DNA from: an uncultured Bifidobacterium sp.
GTDB taxonomy: Bacteria > Actinomycetota > Acidimicrobiia > Acidimicrobiales > Ilumatobacteraceae
DNA: 64,000 nt
Direction of reading: 5' to 3'
NCBI GenBank assembly: GCA_964563545.1
Contig: CAZLXB010000001.1
Location: forward strand, 80,064-144,063
Shown here: piece after piece, positions 19,198 to 28,686 of the stretch
How the letters are laid out: each line of letters opens with the position of its first letter
Numbering within the stretch: the stretch's first letter is position 1
Notes under the pieces: generated by a model
Told to the model about the DNA's origin: nothing
Database searches by the model: none
Seen by the model: only the letters and a program-made list of their open reading frames with translations
Program-made: the position numbers and the translations under genes

Positions 19198-20999
19198 GAC
19201 CTTCTGGTGGTCTCGAGTCCGACGAGATCACCACGAGCCCGCCATTTCTCGACGTATTCGACGAAACCCATCACACTCGTCATCCAGGCGATGGCACGAG
19301 CCGATTTCATGGCTGCTGCGCCGTCACGGTTCATGCCGCCACCTTCGCTATTGAGATAACCGGGAGTACACGTCATGTTGTACTTGGCGACTCCCCACAG
19401 TGTGCCGAAAAGAACTTGGAACCATTCCTCCTGCGCCTCACTCGTGGGTTCGATCGTTCCGACGTCGTCTTTCAGACAGCGATCCACGAGAAACGTGACG
19501 TGTTTGGCGATCTCACTGATCGAGTGCACGAAATTGGTCGCCTGTGCACCCTGCACCGTGCTGATCATGAACATGTTGGGAAATCCCTTGGTGAGAACAC
19601 CATGGAGAGTGGAGGGTCCATTGGCCCACGCGTCGCTCAACGACACGCCGTCGCGGCCCTTTGGATCGAATCCGAGTCGGTGGGTGTAGTCGGTCGTTAC
19701 CTCGAATCCCGAGGCGTAGATCAAGAGATCGACCGGGTACTCGACACCTCCGACGACAACTCCTCTTTCGTTGATCTCGTCGACGCCTTTGCCATCGGTG
19801 TCGACCAAATGAACATTGGTGCGGTTGAATGCCGGCAAGTACTCATCGTGGAAACACGGACGTTTGCAACTCTGTCCGTACCACGGCATGAGAAGTTCGG
19901 CCGTTCGGCGATCGGTCACGATGTCGGCGATTCGCTGGCGAACCCTCTCCATGTTGTCGAAGTCGATCCGTTCGAGTTCGGCGGCTTCCTCGTCGGTCTC
20001 CGGGAGTTTGCGGGTGTCGACCCACAACATGCGGGTCCATTCGTCGTCGACCAGATCGACCTCGGGCTGGGCGCCGGTGATCGCTTCGGTGAAATTGCGC
20101 ACGCGCTCGGCCTGCCAGCCCGGCTTCAGCGACTTGAACCACTCCACATCGGTCGGCTTGTTGTTACGCGCTCCGACACAAGCAGCCGTTCGTTGGAAGA
20201 CGTAGAGCTCCTTGGCCGACTCGGCAATCTTGGGGACGACCTGTACCGCCGTGGCGCCCGTGCCGATGATCCCGACGCGCTTGTCGGCGAGTTTCGACAT
20301 TCCCCCGCGCGAATCACCGCCGGTGTACGAATAATCCCATCGGCTCGTGTGGAAACTCTTGCCCTTGAACCGCTCGATACCGGGAATACCAGGAAGCTTG
20401 GCCTTGTGCAGCACGCCACCAGCGATGACGATGAACCGCGCCGAGAGATCATCGGCGCGCGAAGTGATGACATGCCAACGCTTCGCGTCTTCGTCCCAAC
20501 GCATGTCTTCGACCTCGGTCTGGAACAAAGCGGCTCGATACATGTCGAACTTCTGACCGAGAAGCTGGCAATAGGCGAAGATCTCGGGTGCCTTCACGTA
20601 TTTCTCGGTCGGCATGTAACCGGTCTCCTCGAGGAGCGGCAGATAAACGTACGACTCGACGTCGCAGGCAGCTCCCGGATACCGATTCCAATACCACGTG
20701 CCGCCGAAATCGCCGCCCTTCTCGATGATTCGGTAGTTGGTGATTCCGAGCTTGGTCAGTTGATAGGCGGCGATCATTCCGCCGAATCCGCCACCGATGA
20801 TCACGACATCGACTTCTTCGTCGACTGCCGGGCGGGTGAACCCGGGCTCGACGTACGGATCGCGATCGAAATCCTCGTAGTCGCCGGTCAATTCCTTGTA
20901 CTGGGCGATGCCATCGGCACGAAGACGTTTCTCCCGCTCGATGCGGTATTTCTCACGGGCTTCTTCCAAGGTCGACGGGCGTGAGCCGTTCTGCGTCAT
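19194..20999 (-). CDS. Baeyer-Villiger (flavin-containing) monooxygenase
   Basis: It has an FAD GxGxxG motif ([11 protein letters not shown]), [15 protein letters not shown], and the BVMO fingerprint [14 protein letters not shown] second dinucleotide motif is [11 protein letters not shown]. Confidence 0.9.
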   Translation of the reverse strand: MTQNGSRPSTLEEAREKYRIEREKRLRADGIAQYKELTGDYEDFDRDPYVEPGFTRPAVDEEVDVVIIGGGFGGMIAAYQLTKLGITNYRIIEKGGDFGGTWYWNRYPGAACDVESYVYLPLLEETGYMPTEKYVKAPEIFAYCQLLGQKFDMYRAALFQTEVEDMRWDEDAKRWHVITSRADDLSARFIVIAGGVLHKAKLPGIPGIERFKGKSFHTSRWDYSYTGGDSRGGMSKLADKRVGIIGTGATAVQVVPKIAESAKELYVFQRTAACVGARNNKPTDVEWFKSLKPGWQAERVRNFTEAITGAQPEVDLVDDEWTRMLWVDTRKLPETDEEAAELERIDFDNMERVRQRIADIVTDRRTAELLMPWYGQSCKRPCFHDEYLPAFNRTNVHLVDTDGKGVDEINERGVVVGGVEYPVDLLIYASGFEVTTDYTHRLGFDPKGRDGVSLSDAWANGPSTLHGVLTKGFPNMFMISTVQGAQATNFVHSISEIAKHVTFLVDRCLKDDVGTIEPTSEAQEEWFQVLFGTLWGVAKYNMTCTPGYLNSEGGGMNRDGAAAMKSARAIAWMTSVMGFVEYVEKWRARGDLVGLETTRRS

Positions 21000-21114
21000 C
21001 TCGAACCTGACTTTTCTGAGGGGTCATCAGAATCCTGACGGTTCCGAGCCCACGATGCCAACTTCCCCATCGATCAAACAGGGACTTTGGTCCCGCGGCC
21101 CGCTGGATGGGTGA

Positions 21115-22590
21115 TCAGGTGAACCGGGGTAACAGCGCCCGGCGCACAACCTTGCCGGTGGCGGTACGCGGCAGATCGTCGACCACATCGATGCGCTCGG
21201 GGGTCCGGCTGCTCCGGATCCGCCCCGCCACGAACTCACGAAGTTCCACGGCACTCACCGTCGAACCCGGTCGCAGCACGACGGCGGCGACGATTCGCTG
21301 ACCCCACTCTTCGTCGGGGATTCCGAGCACACACGCATCGGCGACCGAGGGATGTGCAGTGAGTGCATCTTCGATTTCGGCCGGAGCGATGTTCTCTCCG
21401 CCACGGATGATCGTGTCATCAGCCCGCCCTTCGATGAACAAGTAGCCGTCGTCGTCGATGAAAGCGTGATCGCGGGTACAGAACCAGCCATCTTCGTCGA
21501 GCAGGCTGCCGGACGAATACTCACCGGCGATCTGTTCTCCACGTAGGTACAAGATGCCCACTTCGCCATGTTTCAATACCAGGCCGTCGTCATCGCGAAT
21601 CTCGGCCTCGACCATCGGTAACAACTGGCCGGCCGAAGACAAGCGGCGGCGAACGAGCGGATCGTCGCTCGCCAAAGCCGCACGATGATCGTCGGGGCCG
21701 AGAAGTGCGATGGTCGATGCCGTCTCGGTGAGACCGTACGCATTGACGAAGCCCGTATCGGGCAGTGCACGCAGTGAACGTTCGAGAACCGAAGGTGAGG
21801 TTCTGGATCCACCGTAGGAAAGCGAGCGGAGTGAACGGGGCGGTTCTTCACCGGCGTCGAGAGCGTCGACGATTCGTGCCAACATCGTGGGTACCACCAT
21901 GGCATGGGTCGCCGAAGCCTCCCGTGCGCGTTGCAGCCAACCGGCCGCCGAGAAGTTCTCCAGGTACACGAGCCGACGACCAGCGAAGAGATTCGACAGG
22001 AGATTGGCCATTCCGGCGATGTGATACGGAGGGACACTGATGAGAACGGTCTCATCCTCTTGGGCGCTCGCGTATTCGACGGCACCCAGTAGGTACGCCA
22101 TGAGATGGCGATGACGTAACAACGCTGCTTTCGGTTCGGCGGTGGTACCCGAGGTGTAGAGGACGATGGCGACGTCGTCGTCGTTCTCGGCCGCCGTCGA
22201 AAGCGGCTGAACCTCCTTGGCGGCACCCAGCCATGCATCGATCGTGCGAGCGTCGATACCGGACGAGCGAAGGCGCTGTGCGGTGCGATGGTCGGCGACG
22301 ACCAGTGGGTGATCGAGACGACGAACGAGAGCGGCGAGTTGTTCGTCCTCCAACCGGTAGTTGACCGGCACGAAAGGGACCCCCGCCCACGCCGCCGCCA
22401 GTACGAGCACGGGGAGACGCTCGTGATTCTCCCCGGCATAGACGAGCGCACCCGCACGTTCGAGCAGAGTGGCCCCCCGGCGTGCGTGCTCGGACAATTG
22501 TTCGCCGGTCAGGGCATCGTCGCCGCTTCCCACGAGAGGACGATCGGCCAGACCGGATTCGATCATCTCGATGAGCGCGCTCAAGTGCAT
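21115..22590 (-). CDS. AMP-dependent acyl-CoA synthetase/ligase
   Basis: The 491-aa ORF has the AMP-binding motif LYTSGTTAEPKAA, YGLTE, and a C-terminal GKVVRRAL. Confidence 0.85.
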   Translation of the reverse strand: MHLSALIEMIESGLADRPLVGSGDDALTGEQLSEHARRGATLLERAGALVYAGENHERLPVLVLAAAWAGVPFVPVNYRLEDEQLAALVRRLDHPLVVADHRTAQRLRSSGIDARTIDAWLGAAKEVQPLSTAAENDDDVAIVLYTSGTTAEPKAALLRHRHLMAYLLGAVEYASAQEDETVLISVPPYHIAGMANLLSNLFAGRRLVYLENFSAAGWLQRAREASATHAMVVPTMLARIVDALDAGEEPPRSLRSLSYGGSRTSPSVLERSLRALPDTGFVNAYGLTETASTIALLGPDDHRAALASDDPLVRRRLSSAGQLLPMVEAEIRDDDGLVLKHGEVGILYLRGEQIAGEYSSGSLLDEDGWFCTRDHAFIDDDGYLFIEGRADDTIIRGGENIAPAEIEDALTAHPSVADACVLGIPDEEWGQRIVAAVVLRPGSTVSAVELREFVAGRIRSSRTPERIDVVDDLPRTATGKVVRRALLPRFT

Positions 22591-22602
22591 GCAACGAGCC
22601 GA

Positions 22603-23112
22603 TCAGTATGGTTCGACAGCCGGAGCCACATCTTCGCCTCGAAGACGAGCCCGCGCCGCCTGACCGCGTTTGCCCGCCGGCACGGCCCCGGTCACACCGG
22701 CCAAACCGAAAGTCGGCATGTTCCCGTAGACGGTCTCGACCGATGCATCGGACAACACGATCGTCTCGTGGTAGATACCGACCGAACCGTTGTCGCGAAT
22801 CCTCTTGTTGAACGCCCGCCAAGCCGGCAGATGCGCGAGGTCCGAGTTCCGTGAATACGACTCGAGCTTCTCGAAGGACTCCCAGTACTGCCACACGAGA
22901 AGAGTCCGCCCCGACAAGAAGAGTCGCGGGCGAGCGACAAGACCGAGTTCGGGGTTCTTCATGAGTTCGCTGATCATGCGGGGCATGGACACGAAGACCG
23001 GCATCCACTTCCAAACCTTGACCAAGCTGTTGATCCGCATTCCGATGAGGAAGAGGACCTTCCCATCAGCACCGGTGTCGGCCGTGAATCGCCCCTTGTT
23101 GATTCGTGCCAT
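22603..23112 (-). CDS. DUF4188-like protein
   Basis: The 169-aa ORF starts at the ATG at 23112 (MARINKGRFTAD...FLIGMRIN...WQYWESFEKLESY). The pattern matches my memory of DUF4188. The longer N-terminal extension in the track is Arg/Ser-rich and overlaps the next gene. Confidence 0.6.
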   Translation of the reverse strand: MARINKGRFTADTGADGKVLFLIGMRINSLVKVWKWMPVFVSMPRMISELMKNPELGLVARPRLFLSGRTLLVWQYWESFEKLESYSRNSDLAHLPAWRAFNKRIRDNGSVGIYHETIVLSDASVETVYGNMPTFGLAGVTGAVPAGKRGQAARARLRGEDVAPAVEPY

Positions 23113-23158
23113 GACCGCCAAGGTAGCCGCAACCCACAGAAGGGAGACGCCCCTCGAT

Positions 23159-23617
23159 TCAGAGTGTGTAGCGGTAGACGTTCGTGTCGCGGAGTTCGAA
23201 ACCGAGTCGCTGATACAAGCGGTTGGCGGCCTCTCGCGACGGTCGCGACGTGAGGTCGACGGTGATCGCTCCGTTCTCCTTCGCGTACCGAAGCGCTTCA
23301 CGGTTGAGTGCATCGCCCACACCATGCCCGCGCGCCTCGGCATCGACGACGACGTCCTCGATCCACGCACGAACACCGGTGGGAATTCGAAACATGGCGA
23401 GCGTGAGGGTGCCCACGATCCGCCCGTGCAGCCGGGCCACGAAGAGGGTCGATGCCCGATCGGCGGCGATTTCCTCGAGGGCCGCCCGAGACGGAGGCGG
23501 GTTCGACGACGACAACTGAGGAATCAGTCGTTCGAACGCGGCGACGACCTCGTCGTCGATCACCTCGCAGATGGAAACCTCGACTGCCACTCCGACCTCC
23601 GGGTGCTCGGTGAACAT
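23159..23617 (-). CDS. GNAT family N-acetyltransferase
   Basis: The 152-aa ORF has the acetyl-CoA binding motif VVVDAEARGHGVGDAL and RLYQRLGF. Confidence 0.8.
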   Translation of the reverse strand: MFTEHPEVGVAVEVSICEVIDDEVVAAFERLIPQLSSSNPPPSRAALEEIAADRASTLFVARLHGRIVGTLTLAMFRIPTGVRAWIEDVVVDAEARGHGVGDALNREALRYAKENGAITVDLTSRPSREAANRLYQRLGFELRDTNVYRYTL

Positions 23618-23647
23618 CCTACGGTTGCCGTGTCGTACCGTTGCCGC

Positions 23648-24550
23648 ATGTCATCGGATGCACTCTTGGCCAACGCTCGAGCTCTCGGTGGAGCTCTCGA
23701 ACCTTTCGTGGGACAGGTCTACTTCTCCCCCGAATGCCACCGTAACTACGCGGCGCTCGGTTTCCAGCCGAGCCCGGGTGAGATGAACGGTGTCGCGCTC
23801 CCCGAAGGAATCTCATACTTCACGAGTCGTGGTTCGCTCATGGGGCAGGTCCCCGGAGAACTCGTGGCGGCGGCATTCGCCGTGTTCAACCCGATCGTCG
23901 TGGTCCCCTCGGTCACCGCCGGCTGGAAGATCACCAATGCCGCCACTATCTGTGCCGCCCGACGCGACGGTGCCATCGCCCAACTCGAACGCATCGTCGG
24001 CGCGAAGCCCGGCGGTGTCACCAAGATCCGACCGATACTCGAACGCGCCGTAGGTGCCCTGCGACCGGAAGGTCGTCCTCTCTTCGCCGGAACCCTGTCG
24101 CAAGTCGTGCCGTCATCGGACCTCGGCGCGTGCTGGCACTTCGGCGACATGCTCCGTGAGTTCCGTGGCGATTCGCACACCGCAGCGTGGATCGCGGCCG
24201 GCCTCGACGCCACCGAAATCGGATTGCTCACCGAATTGTTCTGGGGGTTGCCCCTCAAGTCGTACAGCCGCACGCGTGGGTGGAGCGAGGACGACTACAC
24301 GGCGGCCATCGATCGACTCGAATCGCGCGGACTCATTGCGGATGGGGTCTTCACCACCAAGGGCCGTGAACTTCGTGAGTCGGTCGAGATCCGGACCGAC
24401 GAACAGATGCGCCCCGCGATGCAGGCCATCGGCGACGATTTCACCCAACTCGTCGAAGTTCTGGGCACGTGGAGTCGCGCCGTCCAGGCCATGAAGGGTT
24501 ACCCCGAATCCGGCCCGCACGAATTGGCCGAAGCGGCTTCCCGCCGATGA
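23648..24550 (+). CDS. Conserved hypothetical helical protein (possibly SCO6745-like)
   Basis: The 300-aa ORF starts at the ATG at 23648 (MSSDALLANARALGGALEPFVGQVYFSPE...). The upstream 286 codons of the track ORF are antisense to three recognisable genes, so I rejected them. Confidence 0.6.
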   Translation: MSSDALLANARALGGALEPFVGQVYFSPECHRNYAALGFQPSPGEMNGVALPEGISYFTSRGSLMGQVPGELVAAAFAVFNPIVVVPSVTAGWKITNAATICAARRDGAIAQLERIVGAKPGGVTKIRPILERAVGALRPEGRPLFAGTLSQVVPSSDLGACWHFGDMLREFRGDSHTAAWIAAGLDATEIGLLTELFWGLPLKSYSRTRGWSEDDYTAAIDRLESRGLIADGVFTTKGRELRESVEIRTDEQMRPAMQAIGDDFTQLVEVLGTWSRAVQAMKGYPESGPHELAEAASRR

Positions 24551-25872
24551 GCGATCTCGCCATCATCAACGCGACGATCCTGCCCATGGGCGGTCGTCCC
24601 CGGATCGACGATGGAGTGGTCACGATCTCGGGAAATTGCATCGAAGCCGTTGGCCCGTCAACCGAGGTTTCGGTGACCGGCGCGAAGAAGGTGATCGATG
24701 CACAAGGTGGAGTCGTGATGCCCGGCTTCGCCAACAGTCATACGCACATTGCCTCGAATCTGCTCTTGCGCGGCCTTCTCGAAGACGTCCTTCTCTTCGA
24801 GTGGCTACAAACCATGTGGCAGTTGAAGCGGAACTTCGATCACGACACCCTCTATTGGGCCAGCCTGTGCGGGCTGCTCGAGATGACCAAAGCCGGCATC
24901 ACCTCGTTCAACGAACACTTCGATGCCTACGCGGTCGAACCGGAGATCGAAGCGCTGAAGGTGATCCCACTTCGCGCGACCCTCGGACACGGATTCGCTG
25001 ACCGTGGTCTCTACGAGTCGATCACCGAGAAGTCCTGGCGGACTCTGGAGAACTTCGGTGAGATCGTGGCCGCTCACCATCGCACACGGGACGACATGCT
25101 CTGGATGGCACTTTCACCCCATGCGGTGTATTCGTGCGGTGCCGAGATGTGGAATCTCGTTCGCGCGGTGGCCGATGAGTACCGCGTTCCGATCCACACC
25201 CATCTCTCCGAAGGCATGCAGGAAGTCCGCTACTGCCTCGAGAACTACGGTCTGCGACCGACCCAATGGCTCCACTCCCTCGGCTTCCTCGGCCCGGACG
25301 TGACCGCGGCACACTGTTCGCAACTCGACGCGACCGACATCAAGCTCATCGCCGAGACCGGAACCAAAATCGCTCACTGCCCCATCTGCAATGCGAAGCT
25401 CGGCTCGGGCACCATGCCACTTCGCGAAGTGATCGAAGCAGGCATCACCGTGGGCCTCGCCACCGATGGTCCGGCGAGTCACAACTCGAGCGACCTCTTC
25501 GAAGAGATGAAATTCGCGGGTCTGATCCACAAGACCAAAACCGGTGACGTCGAGTTCCTGAAGATCGGGCAACTTCTCGAACTCTCCACCTGCGAAGGGG
25601 CCAAGGCCATGAACAGGCCCGATACCGGGCGACTCGAACCCGGCTTCAAAGCTGACGTGATCGTGGTCCGACTCGACACCGCCCACTCCCAGCCGATCTA
25701 CGACCCGCTGGCGGCACTTGTGTATTCAGCCCGAGCCGACGACGTCCAGCACACCATCGTCAACGGGCGTGTCCTGATGGAGAACCGGCAGGTCATCGGC
25801 GTCGACGAAGACGAAATTCGGGCCAGGTTCCACGAGAAGGCTCACGCACTCAAGAAGAAGAGCCTCGGCTGA
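24547..25872 (+). CDS. Amidohydrolase, TRZ/ATZ or MtaD-like deaminase family
   Basis: It has the metal-binding motifs GFANSHTHI and IHTHLSEG, plus a late DG...HN segment. At 441 aa it overlaps the upstream gene by ATGA. Confidence 0.85.
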   Translation: MSDLAIINATILPMGGRPRIDDGVVTISGNCIEAVGPSTEVSVTGAKKVIDAQGGVVMPGFANSHTHIASNLLLRGLLEDVLLFEWLQTMWQLKRNFDHDTLYWASLCGLLEMTKAGITSFNEHFDAYAVEPEIEALKVIPLRATLGHGFADRGLYESITEKSWRTLENFGEIVAAHHRTRDDMLWMALSPHAVYSCGAEMWNLVRAVADEYRVPIHTHLSEGMQEVRYCLENYGLRPTQWLHSLGFLGPDVTAAHCSQLDATDIKLIAETGTKIAHCPICNAKLGSGTMPLREVIEAGITVGLATDGPASHNSSDLFEEMKFAGLIHKTKTGDVEFLKIGQLLELSTCEGAKAMNRPDTGRLEPGFKADVIVVRLDTAHSQPIYDPLAALVYSARADDVQHTIVNGRVLMENRQVIGVDEDEIRARFHEKAHALKKKSLG

Positions 25873-25911
25873 GTCGTTGATTCCCTGAGTCGAGCCGTCA
25901 TACTTCACGAC

Positions 25912-26991
25912 ATGATCCTCGACCAGCTTTCGGTACCGAGTTCCGACTTCGCCACCGCCACCGGATGGGAGCCCAAACCCGAGGGTCTCTGCCGCGGTGA
26001 GATCTGTGTCCCGGCTCCGGGTGCGCTCGACGGCCCGAACGTGAACGTCGAACGGGCGGCCGCTCGTCTGGGGATGCCGCTCGTCCATGACTCCGATCAC
26101 GGCGTGTGGTCGCTCGGTCCAGCCACTCTTGGCGGCCACTCCCTGTCGACGGCCGTGGCCGCCGATCCCGAACTCAAGAATTTCGACGGATCGACCTTCA
26201 AACTGTCGTCTCTTCGAGGACGCAAGGTCGTGTTCGTTGCTTGGGCGAGTTATTGAGGCTGCCGTTCGAGTCTGCCCGGGTGGCAGGCACTCCACGCTGA
26301 AATCGAACCGCTCGGAGCAACGGTCGTGACCGTCGCCCTCGACATCGACATCGAACACGCTCGACCTTGGAGTGCGGCCGCGTCGCCCACCCATCCTTGT
26401 GTGGTCGACACCACCCATGTGACCGGCCAGATGTTCGGATTCACGAACATTCCGATGGCCGTCTGGATCGATGAGAACGGGTATCTCGTGCGTCCGGCCG
26501 AAGGTGCCTCGATCGAACGCAGTCCACTGCGAGACATGGAGATCCCCGACGGTCTTCCCGAACGACTCGATGCCATGTACCGGGCCGTCAAGGCGATCCC
26601 GGACGACGCCGACGAATACAGGGCCGCGATCCTCGACTGGGTGCGCCATGGTGCATCGTCGAGATTCGCCCTCTCTCCGGATGAAGTTGTTGCGCGAAGT
26701 CAGCCCCGTTCCGACGATGAGGCACGGGCGGCCGCGTGTTTCGAACTCGGTGAACATCTCCGGCGCACGGTCGGTCCCGAAGCCGCCGTCCCGTGGTGGC
26801 GCGAAGCCCACCGCCTGCATCCACTGAATCTCACGTACAAGCGCCAAGCCTGGACGCTCGTCACCACCGCTCCCGACGCAACCGAGAACGACCTCATGCA
26901 GGGTCCGAACGAGGTCTACGAAAGCAACCTTCTGGATGATGTTCTGGGTGCCGGCGGATTCGGAGCCTTCATCGTTCGGCCGCAACTCTGA
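25912..26991 (+). CDS. Thioredoxin-fold (TlpA/ResA-like) protein with an in-frame UGA at the redox site; candidate selenoprotein, or alternatively a nonsense-disrupted pseudogene
   Basis: Track ORFs 25912..26256 and 26326..26991 share one frame, and the TGA at 26254-26256 is the only stop between them. Read-through gives KVVFVAWASY-U-GCRSSLPGWQALHAEIEPLGATVVTVALD. Confidence 0.6.
26268..26292 (+). promoter_or_regulatory. Candidate bacterial SECIS-like hairpin
   Basis: The element GAGUCUGCC-CGGGU-GGCAG(GC)ACUC forms 9 bp with a 2-nt bulge and a 5-nt loop containing GGU. It starts 11 nt after the UGA. Confidence 0.4.
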
Positions 26992-27000
26992 CGCGGTAGC

Positions 27001-27960
27001 GTGTCGGCAATGGCCGATCTCGAACACGTTCGGTGGATCCGGAGGCCCGAACTCCGCAAGCCGTACGTCGTCGCTGCCTTCACCGGCTGGAACGACGCCG
27101 CCGATGCTGCGAGTTCCGCGGTTCGCCACCTCGTCGAGACCATGGACGCCACTCCGCTCGCCGAAATCGACCCCGAAGCGTTCACCAACTTCGAGGTGAT
27201 CCGACCGCACGTGCGTCTCTCCGACGTCGGCCAACGTCACATCGTGTGGCCGACGGTGAGTCTCTGGACCGCCAGCACTCCCGAGCGCGATCTCATCCTC
27301 GTCCTCGGACCCGAGCCCTCCATGCAATGGAAGGCCTTCTGCAATCAACTCGTCGGCATCGCTACGGCGTACAAGGCCGTCTCCATCGTCACCATCGGCG
27401 CGCTGGTCGCCGACGTCGCACACCGTCGACCGACGCAGGTTCTGAGTACATCGTCCGACCAAGGTCTGATCGACCGTTTCGATCTCCGTCCGAGCCAGTA
27501 CGAAGGACCGACCGGAATCACCAGCGTTCTCGGTGATGCGTTCAACCGAGCCGACATGCCCAACATCGCTCTGTGGGCCGCCGTGCCCACGTATGCATCG
27601 CAGATCACCTCGCCGAAGGCTGCCCTCGCCCTCGTCGAACGACTCGGTGAAATCCTCGATACCGATCTTCCGTCGTTGCCGCTCAGCGAACTCGTCGAGC
27701 AATACGAAGAGCAGATCGACGAGATGATCAGCCAGGACGATTCGCTGACCCGTTATCTCGAGCGGATCGAGAACCTCGACGACGACGAAGACTACGAATA
27801 CGACGAGGACGACGACATCGATCTGGCGGCGGAAGACGACAACTCACTGCCGCTCGATGATCGCCCTCGCGATGACACGCCACTTCCTGACGGTCCGGTC
27901 GACAGTGACGCCCTCATGGAAGAGGTCGAGCGGTTCCTCCGTAGTCAGAGCGACGACTAA
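27001..27960 (+). CDS. PAC2 (proteasome assembly chaperone 2-like) family protein with an acidic tail
   Basis: PYVVAAFTGWNDAADAASSAVRHL is typical of actinobacterial PAC2 proteins. The C-terminus is highly acidic. The start is either GTG at 27001 or ATG at 27010. Confidence 0.75.
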   Translation: MSAMADLEHVRWIRRPELRKPYVVAAFTGWNDAADAASSAVRHLVETMDATPLAEIDPEAFTNFEVIRPHVRLSDVGQRHIVWPTVSLWTASTPERDLILVLGPEPSMQWKAFCNQLVGIATAYKAVSIVTIGALVADVAHRRPTQVLSTSSDQGLIDRFDLRPSQYEGPTGITSVLGDAFNRADMPNIALWAAVPTYASQITSPKAALALVERLGEILDTDLPSLPLSELVEQYEEQIDEMISQDDSLTRYLERIENLDDDEDYEYDEDDDIDLAAEDDNSLPLDDRPRDDTPLPDGPVDSDALMEEVERFLRSQSDD

Positions 27961-28655
27961 GGCTCACCGCGCCACACGATGTCGCGGGGCGGATCGAAAC
28001 TCGCGGCACCGATCGCGCCGCCGATGGCGGCGAACGCCATCGGACCCCACCAATTCGCACCGGCTGTCGGCTCGGGTAGTGAGTCGCGGCCGAACCATCC
28101 GATGCCGGCGGTTTCGAGCGGATGCCCCTGCAACGAACCACCGACGGCACGACAGTGGAAGAGAAGCATGTACATCCCGAATCGGCTGAACCCCATTCGC
28201 TGACCGTCCACCACACCGAGCAACTGGGTGGGTTCGCACTCGATACCCGTCTCCTCGCGGACTTCCTTGACCACGACCTCCGATGCCGAATAGCCCACAT
28301 CGGCCCAGCCGGTCGGATACAGCCACACGCCCGAATCAGGTCGCTTCACCAACAAGATCTCGCCGGCATCGTTACCGACAATCGCTCCGATGGCGACCTT
28401 GGGCGTCACATAACCCGGGACACCTTCACCGATCGACTCCATCCATTCCTGGACGAAGTGGTCCTGCTCTCGTCGGACCTCGAGCGCTTCGTCGGCCGCC
28501 GCCTTGATGTCGGCCGCCACGTGCAGAACTTCTTCGTATCGTTCGCGCTCGTAGAGGTTCTGCGTGAAGCCGAGACCGGTACGCGCGATCCCGGCCAGGG
28601 TTTCGCTCCAGCGCACGAGATCGCGGGTGAAATCCGCCGGGCTGGCGTCGCTCAT
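27957..28655 (-). CDS. NUDIX hydrolase with a NUDIX N-terminal helical domain
   Basis: The Nudix box is GWADVGYSASEVVVKEVREETGIE. The N-terminal helical region reads LVRWSETLAGIARTGLGFTQNLYERERYEE. Confidence 0.8.
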   Translation of the reverse strand: MSDASPADFTRDLVRWSETLAGIARTGLGFTQNLYERERYEEVLHVAADIKAAADEALEVRREQDHFVQEWMESIGEGVPGYVTPKVAIGAIVGNDAGEILLVKRPDSGVWLYPTGWADVGYSASEVVVKEVREETGIECEPTQLLGVVDGQRMGFSRFGMYMLLFHCRAVGGSLQGHPLETAGIGWFGRDSLPEPTAGANWWGPMAFAAIGGAIGAASFDPPRDIVWRGEP

Positions 28656-28686
28656 GCACCCACGCTAGTACGGCGACGAGAAGGGT

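Noticed and set aside
21081-21094. The hairpin GGGAC-TTTG-GTCCC between the acyl-CoA synthetase and BVMO genes, considered as a possible terminator.
   Set aside because: The stem is only 5 bp with no U-tract. It is too weak to call from sequence alone.
22790-23647. The N-terminal 286 codons of the 586-aa ORF 22790..24550.
   Set aside because: This part is antisense to the DUF4188 and GNAT genes and is Arg-rich. A clean ATG at 23648 begins the conserved-looking part, just past the divergent GNAT start.
25726-27702. A 658-aa minus-strand ORF, one of the longest in the window.
   Set aside because: It is antisense to three recognisable plus-strand genes: the amidohydrolase 3' end, the Trx-fold gene and PAC2. 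Its sequence is Arg/Gly/Asp-rich with no motif. This is the typical shadow frame of high-GC DNA.
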